In this document: positions 8,886-18,132 of the stretch, one piece after another
How the letters are laid out: every line of letters begins with the position of its first letter
How positions within the stretch are numbered: the stretch's first letter is position 1
Assembly: GCA_029210695.1 (NCBI GenBank)
Contig: JARGFH010000016.1
Coordinates: 1 to 63,316, forward strand
DNA: 63,316 bases
Origin: Acidimicrobiia bacterium
GTDB taxonomy: Bacteria > Actinomycetota > Acidimicrobiia > Spongiisociales > JAHEDJ01
Direction: 5' to 3'
Position numbers and translations under genes: made by a program
The notes under the pieces: model-generated
Told to the model about the DNA's origin: nothing
What the model saw: the letters and a program-made list of their open reading frames with translations, nothing else
Databases searched by the model: none

Positions 8886-9626
8886 TCACCGCAGGGCCAG
8901 GACTCTCGCCCGGACATCCGGCGGGATGACCGAGTCCGGATCGCGGTGCCCCGCCAGTCCGGTGTGAGCATCGACGAGCGCCGCGTAGAGCGGAGGACAG
9001 GTAGGGCAGACTTCGAGGTGACTCTCGACCATGAGAGCTGTATCCGGCCCGAGCACCCCATCTAGATAGTCGGACACGTGTTTCCGAGCGTCCCAGCACC
9101 GCATCGGTACCTCCTTGAGCATCATCCGACGTTCGTGACCTTCTGCCAGGGCATCCACCAACATCATCCGCCCCCGTCGCAACCGCTGTTTGGCGGCGGG
9201 TAGTGAGACTCCCTGCACCTCGGCGATCTCTCGCACTTTCCACTCTTCAGCATCATGAAGTACAACGGCCGTTCGGTAGGCGAACGGGAGACGGACTAAC
9301 GCGTCCTCCAGTTCCTCACGTGTCTGCACCCGCTCGGCGACGGCCTCGGGATCAACCGTGTAGTCGTTGTCGTGCCACTTCTCTTCGACCTCCTCGACGG
9401 CGACTTCGCGGGCGGATCTCCGCACGCGGTCGATGGCCAGATTGTGCAGAATCCGCCGAAGCCAGCCGCCCAGCGGTGCGTCGCCTCTGAATTGATCACG
9501 CCGCTCGATGGCTCTCACCACCGTGTCGTGTACGAGGTCACCGGCGAGATCCGGATTGCGAGTAATGGCCAAGGCAAAGCGGTACAAGTCGTCGAGATGC
9601 TCGCCTAGCTCAGCAGTCTCGAACAT
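8886..9626 (-). CDS. ECF sigma factor fused to a C-terminal zf-HC2 (anti-sigma-type) zinc finger
   Basis: Region 2 (LYRFA...DLVHDT...WLRRILHNLAID), region 4 (LP...EIAE...KQRLRRGR), then C...SDYLDG...HLEVCPTC. Confidence 0.88.
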   Translation of the reverse strand: MFETAELGEHLDDLYRFALAITRNPDLAGDLVHDTVVRAIERRDQFRGDAPLGGWLRRILHNLAIDRVRRSAREVAVEEVEEKWHDNDYTVDPEAVAERVQTREELEDALVRLPFAYRTAVVLHDAEEWKVREIAEVQGVSLPAAKQRLRRGRMMLVDALAEGHERRMMLKEVPMRCWDARKHVSDYLDGVLGPDTALMVESHLEVCPTCPPLYAALVDAHTGLAGHRDPDSVIPPDVRARVLALR

Positions 9627-10075
9627 CAGCGTCCTGCCGACCGGATAAGGGCGTATCCGCCAAGGCCGACCCCGATCGCCACGAGGATCCACGAAGGGCC
9701 GGTCAGCAGTCCCACTCCGGTGAGCAGGACCCCGGCGATGCCCGACACCTGCAGATCGGAACGGCTAACGGTCGCCACCGAGCTGGTATCGCCCTGGGCC
9801 ACCGCCTTGAACAGCTCAACGAGTTCTGAGCGTGACCGACGTCCTGTATAGCGAGCGAGCTCGGTGCCGTCCTTCACGGCGATCAGCGTAGGGGTCCCAA
9901 TGACCTTCCACGAGGCCACCTGGTCGGGTTCCTCGGTAGCGTCGATCACGAGCAGATCGACCACGCCCTCGTGTTGGGCGGCCACCGCGTCGAGGTCGGA
10001 CTGCATTGCCCGACACTCGACACAGTGGGGAGTCTTCACCTCGATCAGGGTCGGGTTGTCGTAGTCGGCGAACAT
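9626..10075 (-). CDS. Thioredoxin-family protein with a C-terminal TM hairpin
   Basis: PHCVEC CxxC, GTPT cis-Pro motif, hydrophobic tail; TGATG overlap with the sigma gene start. Confidence 0.82.
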   Translation of the reverse strand: MFADYDNPTLIEVKTPHCVECRAMQSDLDAVAAQHEGVVDLLVIDATEEPDQVASWKVIGTPTLIAVKDGTELARYTGRRSRSELVELFKAVAQGDTSSVATVSRSDLQVSGIAGVLLTGVGLLTGPSWILVAIGVGLGGYALIRSAGR

Positions 10076-10087
10076 CGCTGATGGTGT

Positions 10088-10300
10088 TCAGACTCGTGCG
10101 GTTTCCCGATTGGTGCGGAACCTGAAGATCGCATACAGCGGGCACCAGCCGACCAGTCCGGTGATGAGCGGGACGAAACCGAAGACTCCGAGAAAGGTGC
10201 CAAGGCCACCATCCACGGTGCCGGAGAAACCTAGGTAGATGAGAACAACACCGAGGACGACCCGAGCGATCCGATCCCAGCTTGCTTCGTTGATGGACAT
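10088..10300 (-). CDS. DUF2892 (YgaP-like) membrane protein
   Basis: N...DRIARVVLG...LITGLVGWCPLY; RBS AGGAG. Confidence 0.88.
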   Translation of the reverse strand: MSINEASWDRIARVVLGVVLIYLGFSGTVDGGLGTFLGVFGFVPLITGLVGWCPLYAIFRFRTNRETARV

Positions 10301-10332
10301 TGCTGCTCCTTGAGTAGCTTCTTACCCCCCAA

Positions 10333-10360
10333 AGACGAACGATCCGGCAATTTGGATACA
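10333..10360 (-). promoter_or_regulatory. Candidate ECF-type promoter TGTATCC-N16-CGTC
   Basis: ECF-like -35/-10 geometry about 35 bp upstream of the DUF2892-trx-sigma operon. Confidence 0.5.
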
Positions 10361-10538
10361 AATGTCGCCGGGACCATCAAGCGGCCCATTCGCTGGGGAG
10401 GGATCGGCCACCGGTCGCCGATCCGGCCTTTCTGCGCGGTTTCGATGCAGAGATTTCGTTAACAGACGCTGGAGGACTCTCAAAGGTCGGCGCCGGCATT
10501 CTGGCTCCAGTATCGATTCAACAGAGGAGACAGGAAGA

Positions 10539-11354
10539 ATGCTCAAGCGCATCACAGCAGTAGTCGCCACACTCATCACGGCCCTCCTGGCGGTAGGGAT
10601 CGTGTCGGCGGCAGTTGGACCATCATCCGACGACTCGACATCGACCACCGCCACCAGCGCACCCACCGCGGCCACCTTGCCTGTCCCTGGTGACTCTGAA
10701 ACCGTCATCTACGAGGTCGGCGATGCCGGCACCGTGACCCTGGCGTCCGACGGTACGGCCTTGTCAATCGTCGCTGCGGAGGCGGCTGAAAGCTGGACGG
10801 CGGAGGTAGAAGCAGCCACCGGCCTCGAGGTGGAAGCCGACTTCCGCAACGGCACCCGCCGTCTCCAGTTCAAAGCCGAATTTGAAGACGGTGAGGTTCG
10901 GGTCGAGGTTCGTGAGCGAGCCGATGACAATGCTGGGGACGACGACTCGACCAGTACCACGGTGACGATGCCGGATGACTCAGGCACCACGCCGACCTCG
11001 TTGCCGGATGATTCGAGCACGACGTCGACTTCGACGCCGGATGATTCGAGCACGACGTCGACTTCGATGCCGGATGGATCGAGCAGCACGTCGACGACCC
11101 TGCCTTCGGCCGGTGGTGACGCGGTAACGGTGACCTACGACGCTGGCGGCGGAGGGACCGTGACAATCGCCAGGAAGGGCTCGAACCTTTCGATCGTTGC
11201 CACCAATCCTGCGGCCGGCTGGTCACATGAGGTCGAGGTCGCCTCAGGCCTCCAGGTGGAGGCCGACTTCCGCAACGGCGGTCGTCGTATCCAGTTCGAT
11301 GCAGAGATCGAAGATGGAGAGGTTCGCATCCGGATTAGAGAGAGCAATGGCTAG
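10539..11354 (+). CDS. Secreted protein with two homologous domains of about 70 aa joined by a Ser/Thr/Asp-rich linker
   Basis: Signal peptide; duplicated YxxGxxGTVT...W..EVE...GL.VEADFRNG.RR.QF.AE.EDGEVR; 33-bp linker repeats near 11004-11070. Confidence 0.75.
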   Translation: MLKRITAVVATLITALLAVGIVSAAVGPSSDDSTSTTATSAPTAATLPVPGDSETVIYEVGDAGTVTLASDGTALSIVAAEAAESWTAEVEAATGLEVEADFRNGTRRLQFKAEFEDGEVRVEVRERADDNAGDDDSTSTTVTMPDDSGTTPTSLPDDSSTTSTSTPDDSSTTSTSMPDGSSSTSTTLPSAGGDAVTVTYDAGGGGTVTIARKGSNLSIVATNPAAGWSHEVEVASGLQVEADFRNGGRRIQFDAEIEDGEVRIRIRESNG

Positions 11355-11379
11355 GTCGAACTAGCGAGCTTGCGCTCGA

Positions 11380-11425
11380 ACCAACTGCCCGGAGCCGATC
11401 CTCCCCCCGGCTCCGGGCAGTTGGT
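11380..11425. terminator. 18-bp perfect stem-loop
   Basis: ACCAACTGCCCGGAGCCG-N10-CGGCTCCGGGCAGTTGGT. Confidence 0.7.
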
Positions 11426-11515
11426 GTCCGGTTCGAATTCCGTGGCAGGGATCGATTTCAAGGCGATCCGGGCTCGGATCGGGCCGGTTGCCTCGAAGCA
11501 GCTCAGACGCTGGCG

Positions 11516-11656
11516 TACGGACATGATCAGCTCGTCACCCTCCAGTTCAACGACGGGCAGTTGCTGCGTTCGCGTACCGGCCCGATCCGCGGACTGCGCA
11601 AAGACCAGCGGGTCAGGGTGAGCGTCGACGAAGCGGTGACTTCCCCAGCGCGGTAG
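11516..11656 (+). pseudogene. Fragment resembling the C-terminal TOBE domain of an ABC ATPase
   Basis: YGHDQLVTLQFNDGQLLRSRTGP...QRVRVSV; no upstream ATPase body. Confidence 0.45.
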
Positions 11657-11816
11657 AGGGGTTTCTCAGCAACTGGTCTGCCACGCGCCACGCCATTTCG
11701 AGCAACTTTGTCCGGGATCGTCCTAGCTTCCCAAGTCGAGCCGAGCGAGAGCCTGCTCGACCTCCCAATGACGCTGCTCAGCGGGCTGCATCAACATCAC
11801 CGTACGATGTGGGACG

Positions 11817-12380
11817 GTGGACAGCATGGGTGAGGACCACCGACCTTGGACCTTCCTCACCAGCCATGTACGCGTCCTCATCGTGATCGCACAGCAACCT
11901 GACCTGCGAGTCCGCGACATCGACGCCGTGGCGGACATCACGGAACGGTCTACGCAGCGGATCGTGGCCAATCGCGAAGCCGCCGGCTATCTGAGCCTTG
12001 AGAGGATCGGCCGTCGCAACCACTACCGGGTCCGATCAACCGAGAACTTCCTCCACCCTCATGAGCAGGGCATCGAAATCGGCTTGCTCCTCGGTTTGCC
12101 TGCCGACCTCACAGCGCCGCCGACGAACGGCGCTCACAGACCTGAGCCCTCACCGCCACCGGTCGATCGACACACGGTGCCACGCCCCTCCGCGGGGAGC
12201 GTCAGCTCGGTCCATCGAGGTCGTTGGCCTCGTGCCAGTTCTCCACCGCCTCACGGGCGGCGGCCGTGCCCACGATCAGCGCCGCAGCAGGATCAGCCCA
12301 TACCCCTTCCCCGCCCGCCCATAAGTGCCGGTCCTTCGGAGCCACTGGTCGCACCGCTCTCCGGAAAACCTGCCAGGTAG
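11817..12380 (+). CDS. Small winged-HTH transcriptional regulator, possibly decayed, with a low-complexity read-through tail
   Basis: WTFLTSH...PDLRVRDI...ITERSTQRIV...GYL...GRRNHY. Confidence 0.7.
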   Translation: MDSMGEDHRPWTFLTSHVRVLIVIAQQPDLRVRDIDAVADITERSTQRIVANREAAGYLSLERIGRRNHYRVRSTENFLHPHEQGIEIGLLLGLPADLTAPPTNGAHRPEPSPPPVDRHTVPRPSAGSVSSVHRGRWPRASSPPPHGRRPCPRSAPQQDQPIPLPRPPISAGPSEPLVAPLSGKPAR

Positions 12381-12736
12381 GAACGGCCTGTGCGGAAGCG
12401 GCCAACCATCCATGTGACCTCGGGTCCGCCAACCAAGATTCAGCCAGATCACCGGTCTGAGCGACAACGCCAACTTCTGAGACCGCACCCGATCGGGGCT
12501 CGAACACGCACCGTTGGGTGTGCGATAACGCGCGGGTGGTGGGCGATCTGTGCGCTGGATCCCTCGCCGGGGACCGTCGGCGCGCTCGGGTTCGAGTCCT
12601 GTGAGGCCACTGCACATTGTCGAACCCAGGATCATCCACCAGAGCATGTATTCCGGGTCTCTTCCTAGCCTGGGAAAGTGTCGTTTCACAAACCTGCCAC
12701 CGGTTGAGGCCTCGCTTCTACTGAGACGACAGGACC

Positions 12737-13903
12737 TCAGCCCTCGAGCTCGGAGTGCATTCGAAGCCGCTCAACGCGACGGTGCTCAATCAGTAGCACC
12801 ACGAACAACACGATGACAACGAGCGTCAACATATTGAGGCCCTCGAGTGAGGCCCCGAGGAAGACGATGGCGGTTATGACGATGGCGCCAACCAGCCGTT
12901 CACGCGCCTGAGCTCGAAAGGCGCGCCATACCGCGAGGAATACCCCGACCAGGAACAAGGAGAGGCCGCCGGCCATCATGGCTCGGAACTCCAGCGGGAT
13001 GGCGTCGCGGGGGTGCAGCGCAATCTCCTCGAGCGCAGCCGCCGCCAGGATGATGCCGGCGACGATGGGAGCATGAGCCCAGGTATATACGTCGCGGACG
13101 TACTGGCCGACTGCTTGGCCGTCGAGCCTGGAGGCAGCGAACTCGAGACCAGGGCTCGGCCGATCGAAATACGCCCACCACAGCAGACCGGCGAATGCGC
13201 CCGAGGCCAGCAGCGCCGAGATGGTGGCCAGGGGCAAGCTGCCGCCCTTCTCCAGAGCGGCGACCACGGGAATCCCGATCGCAACTATCACCTCGCCCAG
13301 AGCGATGATGATGATCAGCCCGTGGCGCTCAGCAAAGTGGCCCGAACGCACCATCCACTCGCCGTCAGAGGCTCTGAACATCGCCCACAGCACAATGGCC
13401 ACCGTGCCCAGCCAGAGGGCCAGCCTGACCGTACCATCAAAGAACGATCCGACGACAAGCACCGCGATGGCGACGACATTTGGAGCGATCCAGGTGTAGA
13501 CAGCAGTGCGGTAGCTGAAGTTCCCGGTGATGCCCAACGTCTGCATACGGAATCCGATGAGCATGATCCCGGTGAGAGCGATGGCGAATGTGGGTCCGCC
13601 CCCGGCGAACGCAGTGGAAGTGGAGGCCGCCATGGGGATGCTGACCACGGTGGCGATGAGGAACAGGGCGCGCACCGGCCGCCCGTTGCCCGATATCGCA
13701 TTGGCCGCCCATGTCAGCTGCTGCCACGGCAGCCACAACAGACCAAACAGCAGGGCAGCCTTCCCCACGCCCGCCCACGTCGGCTCCTCGATGAGCAGGG
13801 CCACCAACTGCGAGAAAGCGAACACATAGGCCAGGTCGAAGAACAGTTCAACGGGGTCTGCCGTGAAGTCCTCAGTCGGCGGTGGAAGTTCGATGCCTTT
13901 CAT
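12737..13903 (-). CDS. ltrA: Low temperature requirement protein A family membrane protein
   Basis: ELFFDLAYVFA and HFAERHGLIIIIALGE signatures. Confidence 0.88.
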   Translation of the reverse strand: MKGIELPPPTEDFTADPVELFFDLAYVFAFSQLVALLIEEPTWAGVGKAALLFGLLWLPWQQLTWAANAISGNGRPVRALFLIATVVSIPMAASTSTAFAGGGPTFAIALTGIMLIGFRMQTLGITGNFSYRTAVYTWIAPNVVAIAVLVVGSFFDGTVRLALWLGTVAIVLWAMFRASDGEWMVRSGHFAERHGLIIIIALGEVIVAIGIPVVAALEKGGSLPLATISALLASGAFAGLLWWAYFDRPSPGLEFAASRLDGQAVGQYVRDVYTWAHAPIVAGIILAAAALEEIALHPRDAIPLEFRAMMAGGLSLFLVGVFLAVWRAFRAQARERLVGAIVITAIVFLGASLEGLNMLTLVVIVLFVVLLIEHRRVERLRMHSELEG

Positions 13904-14043
13904 GGAGGGGGATTGTACGTGAGCGTATCGCCCGAGCAGAGCAGCAAATATGGGCGATAGCGCCCGCTTCGCTCACCTGTCCGGTATCGCAGCACCACCC
14001 ACATCGTCAATCAGGCATTCATGAGGGAGTGGGCCGTGTCAAG

Positions 14044-14357
14044 GGGTGTTGTTTCGCGTTCTTCATGGTGGGTGGGCGCGTCGAAACTTGCAACAGCGGA
14101 TCGCTTGATCGGATCGGTTGTTCAGGTCAGGAGAATGGGTGGTGCTCCTTGGTTGGTGGGGACACGGTTGTCGCCGGCTCCTACCCCGATGGGGGGCGAG
14201 GCGGTTCGGTGCCTGGGCATTCATCCGCCACGCACAATGTGGTGGGCATGGAGCGGTACGGCCACAGCAACCGCTGGGCTCATTCACATGCGTCGACCCG
14301 CACCAGGGGTGGGGTCATGCCTGATATCGAGCTCGCAGCTGTTGCCGTGTCCGAACC
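14044..14357 (-). ncRNA. Predicted seekRNA/bridge RNA region of the IS1111-type element
   Basis: Non-coding 3' end with stems, and 9-nt segments matching the element end, its flank and the predicted circle junction. Confidence 0.6.
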
Positions 14358-15366
14358 TCACGCCGCCTCTTTCAGGCAGCGGATCTCACCGTCCCGTATC
14401 CCGTAGTAGACCAGGGTGAGGAGTTTGCGGGCGGCGGCGACTCGGGCGATGTTGGTGCCTCGACGTTCGGCGATCCGTTGGTAGCTGTCCCGGATCGGGG
14501 TTCCGCCCCGCCAGCGGGCCACCGCCTCGACCGCCGCCCATCTGACCAGCGCCGAGCCCTGTTTGGTGATCGACCGGCGGAACACCTTGTCGTCGGATTC
14601 CCGATGCCTTGGCGTCAAACCCACCCAGGAACAGAGCCGTTTCGGGTTGGGGAAACGGTCGATATCGCCGATCTCGGCGACGAACACCCCCGCAAAGACC
14701 CGACCCACCCCCGACAGCTGCTGGACAGTCCGATACCCAGCGTCGTCGCGCAACTGGAGATGGACCCGCCGGTCCAGTTCGGTGATCTCCCGGTCATAGC
14801 GGCCGATCAGGTCCCGTAGCGAGTCGATCCGATGCTCGTAGGCTTCACCGAGCGGTGTCTCTTCGAGGAACCGGGCCCCATGCGGACCCCACAGCGTCGT
14901 CAACGACGGTATCACCCCTTCTTTGCCCAACACCGAATGCACCTGGGACTTCAACCCGGTGCGAAGCTGCGACAACTTGTGGCGATACCGCACCAACTCC
15001 CGCAGCTGGCGCAGCGACCGAGGAGCGATCCACGACTCAGGCAGACTCCCCACCCGCAACAAGTCCGCCAACAAAGTGGCATCCCGATCGTCGTTCTTGA
15101 CCCGACGGTTCTCGAACCCCTTCACCCCCAACGGATGTGCCAAATGAACTCGGCCACCAGCCTCCTCAATCACATCAGCCGCCCAATACCATCCCCACGT
15201 AGCCTCCAGGACAACCTCGGGTTCGGGGCCGGCTTCCCCGAACCGCCGCCGCCAACGCCATCGGCGAGTTCTCGATCCTCCGCGACGACACCTTTCTGCC
15301 ATCCGGATCCATGATCACCACCACCGACCGGCGCCTATGCAAGTCAATACCCACGTAACGTGACAC
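14358..15366 (-). pseudogene. IS110 DEDD recombinase/transposase with a one-base frameshift near 15241
   Basis: GIDLH is in one frame; LEAT, KNDDRDA, GLTPRHRES and VAAARKL are in the other. Confidence 0.85.
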
Positions 15367-15459
15367 AACGGGCCTCCCTTCTCGAGGCGGACATTGACAC
15401 CCCGAAGTATCGGGGAACCGTCAACGGGGAGCGGAGGCCCGCTCCCTCATCGCATCACA

Positions 15460-15792
15460 TCACGAGCGGTCGGATTTGCGCTGAATCGCCCTCGCCGTTT
15501 CCGCGGTCCTTGCCCTGAGATCGGTGAGCTGATTGTTGGCGGAGAGCACATCCGCAGCCTCGACGTCGTGTCCGTTGGCCGGATGGATCAGCAGGTCGGA
15601 CAGGCTACCCATGCCGCCGAAAGCCGTCAGCAGGTGATCAACTCCGTATTGATCTCCGGCTCTGATCCGCTCTACGTCTCGCTCGACCCATTGAGCCCAC
15701 ACGTCTTCGCCAAACGATCGAAGCAACCCGGCCAGCTCAGTCGCAGCTTCGATGAGTTGGTCGGGTGAGCCGGCGGCCTTTGAATCGTTCAT
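15460..15792 (-). CDS. Small hypothetical protein (DUF6966-like)
   Basis: AFGGMGSLSDL motif in an alpha-helical ORF of about 110 aa. Confidence 0.6.
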   Translation of the reverse strand: MNDSKAAGSPDQLIEAATELAGLLRSFGEDVWAQWVERDVERIRAGDQYGVDHLLTAFGGMGSLSDLLIHPANGHDVEAADVLSANNQLTDLRARTAETARAIQRKSDRS

Positions 15793-15856
15793 TTCTTCAT
15801 GATGGCGTCTCCGCCGGGGCATGTCTCGCCTCCGGTTGGACACCTGTGGCTCGCCG

Positions 15857-16852
15857 TCATCCCTCATGGCCTTCGTGGGTCACCGTTTCGACCGGGAGAA
15901 AGCGCTTGGCGCGCCTCATGCTGAACACGATGGCGGCAACCAGCATGGTCACGATGATCGCCAATGACAGATAGGTGTTCATGTGAAACCAGTGCGAGAT
16001 CGCCATCTTGATGCCGACAAAGATCAAGATTCCGCCGAGCGCGTGCGACAGGAAGTGGAAACGGTCCTTGGCGTTGGCCAGCAGGAAGTACATAGCCCGC
16101 AGGCCGAGGATGGCGAACGCGTTCGAGGCGAACACCAGGTAGGGCTCATTGGAGACGGCCAGGATGGCGGGGACCGAGTCGACGGCGAAAATGACGTCGG
16201 TGATCTCGACCACGAACAAAGCGGACAGCAACGGAGTGGCAGCTCGCCTCCCGTTGAGTCTGGTGAAAAACTTCTGTCCGTCGAGCTGGTCGGTGACGGG
16301 CATGATCTTGTGCAACAACCCGAGGCCGCGAGTGGCTTCTTTGGCGCCCTCGTCGGCCCGATGGCGAATGACCTTTACGCCGGTGTAGACGAGGAATACC
16401 CCGAATACGAGCAACAGCCACCAGAACCGGCTGATGAGAGCGGTCCCCAACAGGATGAAGATCGCTCGCAGAGCGAGAGCTCCAAAAATGCCCCAGAAGA
16501 GAACCCGATGTTGATATCTCAAGGGGATCGCCAGGGTGGAGAACAACATCGACCAGACAAAGACATTGTCGACACTGAGGGACTTTTCGATCAAGTACCC
16601 ACTGATGTACTCACCAAAGGCGTCGTAGCCGAAGGTGACGGCAATGAAGACCGAGAACGCCAGCCCGCATGCCACCCACACAAGCGACTCGTACAGCGCC
16701 TCTTTGGGAGAGGGGGCGTGTGCGTCACGGTGCCGGTACAGATCTATCGCCAGCAGAGCGACGATGATCACGAGCAGGGCGGACCAGGCCCACGCGGGCA
16801 CATCGAGATCGACAAAACTCGAACGGTCGCCTTCAGCCGCGGCCAGTATCAA
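15857..16852 (-). CDS. TerC/Alx family metal homeostasis membrane protein
   Basis: EKSLSVDNVFV, QHRVLFWGI, DVIFAVDSVPA, SNAFAILGLRAMYF; TTG start after AAAGGA. Confidence 0.92.
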   Translation of the reverse strand: MILAAAEGDRSSFVDLDVPAWAWSALLVIIVALLAIDLYRHRDAHAPSPKEALYESLVWVACGLAFSVFIAVTFGYDAFGEYISGYLIEKSLSVDNVFVWSMLFSTLAIPLRYQHRVLFWGIFGALALRAIFILLGTALISRFWWLLLVFGVFLVYTGVKVIRHRADEGAKEATRGLGLLHKIMPVTDQLDGQKFFTRLNGRRAATPLLSALFVVEITDVIFAVDSVPAILAVSNEPYLVFASNAFAILGLRAMYFLLANAKDRFHFLSHALGGILIFVGIKMAISHWFHMNTYLSLAIIVTMLVAAIVFSMRRAKRFLPVETVTHEGHEG

Positions 16853-16885
16853 TTGAGCATCCTTTCGACTATCACCAGACGGACA

Positions 16886-16981
16886 GTCGAAGGTCTCGCT
16901 CTCACCGGGACGGGTGAGCCGGGGAACCGGGCAGCGCACTGCCGGACTGACGGCCGATCCCGGGGGCTACTCGCCCTCGAC
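16886..16981 (-). ncRNA. yybP-ykoY (Mn2+-sensing) riboswitch
   Basis: GTCGAGGGCGAGTAG...CGTCA...GCGAGACCTTCGAC with P1 closure, directly upstream of the TerC gene; preceded by TTGCGG-N17-CAGAAT. Confidence 0.8.
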
Positions 16982-17077
16982 GACCGTATTCTGGCCTGCG
17001 TAACAGACCGCCGCAAGGCCGTCCTTCACCGCGGCAGCGTCGTCTCGCGCCTAGAAGCCGTGCTCTATGCTCGGCCC

Positions 17078-18052
17078 ATGGAGAAAGTGGTTGACCGTCT
17101 CCGCAGGTGGAACGATTCGGCGGTGCGGTATCACACCCGGCTCGTGTTGGACGGGGCTGAGCCGGACACCGCCGAGATGCGGACCAGGGCCGACGAGGTA
17201 CGCGCGAGTCCAGACTGCGGTGCGGTAATCGATGGCAGTTTTGTGGACCCACGCCACGCCTACCGCAAGTGGCAGGGCGCTCACTGGGCACTGGTGCAGC
17301 TAGCCGAACGGGGCCATCCCGGTGGAGACCCACGCCTCGAACAGGTACAGGAGGTCGTGTTCGCATGGATCCTGTCGCCGGCGTTTCTGAAACCGAACTG
17401 GACCCGGCACATCGAAGGACAGTCCGATCGGGTGCGACGTTGTGCCTCGATGGAGGGCAACGTTCTCTGGGCAAGCCTGCAGCTGGGCCTGATGGACGAG
17501 CGGTTGCAGGTGCTTGCGGATCGGCTCGGGACAATGCAATGGCCCGATGGGGGCTGGAATTGCGATGTGCGCCCTCAAGCGCGCCGGTCATCCTTCGTAG
17601 AGACCGTGCTGGGACTGCGGGGCCTGGCGGCTTGGGTGGAGGCGACAGGCGACAGGACCGCCAATGGCACGCTCGAAAGAGGTATCGAGCTTCTGTTGGA
17701 ACACCACCTGCTCTTTCACCGCAGTGGCGCCCTGATGGTACCCAACTGGGGGCCCCGACCCGACAAGATTGGATTCCCGATCCGTTTCTTCGATGTTCTT
17801 CTTGTTCTGGAGCTCATGGCCGACATCGGCTGCCTCGACGACCCGCGCTGCAATCGGGCCCTCGACCTACTCCTTTCCAAACGCACCGCGGACGGTGGAT
17901 TTCCGATGGAGGTGAGACGGGCCCGCACCGCAACCGAGATCTGTAGCAATTGCACGTTCGCCGAGTGGGGGCCCGGTGGGAAGACCCAGACAAACCCCTG
18001 GGTGACCATCCGCGCCCTTCGGGTGCTCGGAGCCACCGGCCGCCAGCAGTGA
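17078..18052 (+). CDS. Hypothetical protein with a prenyltransferase/squalene-cyclase-like alpha/alpha toroid fold
   Basis: QWPDGGWNC and KRTADGGF QW-like motifs; NPWVTIRALRVL. Confidence 0.65.
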   Translation: MEKVVDRLRRWNDSAVRYHTRLVLDGAEPDTAEMRTRADEVRASPDCGAVIDGSFVDPRHAYRKWQGAHWALVQLAERGHPGGDPRLEQVQEVVFAWILSPAFLKPNWTRHIEGQSDRVRRCASMEGNVLWASLQLGLMDERLQVLADRLGTMQWPDGGWNCDVRPQARRSSFVETVLGLRGLAAWVEATGDRTANGTLERGIELLLEHHLLFHRSGALMVPNWGPRPDKIGFPIRFFDVLLVLELMADIGCLDDPRCNRALDLLLSKRTADGGFPMEVRRARTATEICSNCTFAEWGPGGKTQTNPWVTIRALRVLGATGRQQ

Positions 18053-18132
18053 TCTGCCTCGTGCATTTGACGTCGTAGTAACCGGCCGCAGAGTCGGAGG
18101 GTGGGCCGAAAGAGGTGGCGATGCTTCTGGGG

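Larger units (their letters stand above)
14016..15460 (-). mobile_element. IS110-family element of the IS1111 type (sub-terminal IRs, long 3' non-coding region)
   Basis: IRs ATGAGGGAGTGGGCC (14021-14035) and GGCCCGCTCCCTCAT (15436-15450), 14/15 match; outward-facing TTGACA at 14037-14042; DEDD transposase. Confidence 0.85.

Noticed and set aside
15983..17077. 5' part of the 689-aa ORF 15983-18052
   Set aside because: It is the antisense shadow of the TerC gene and riboswitch; the real gene most likely starts at 17078.
17078..18052. Squalene-hopene cyclase / terpene cluster
   Set aside because: It is about half the expected length, has no DxDD motif and has no isoprenoid genes nearby.
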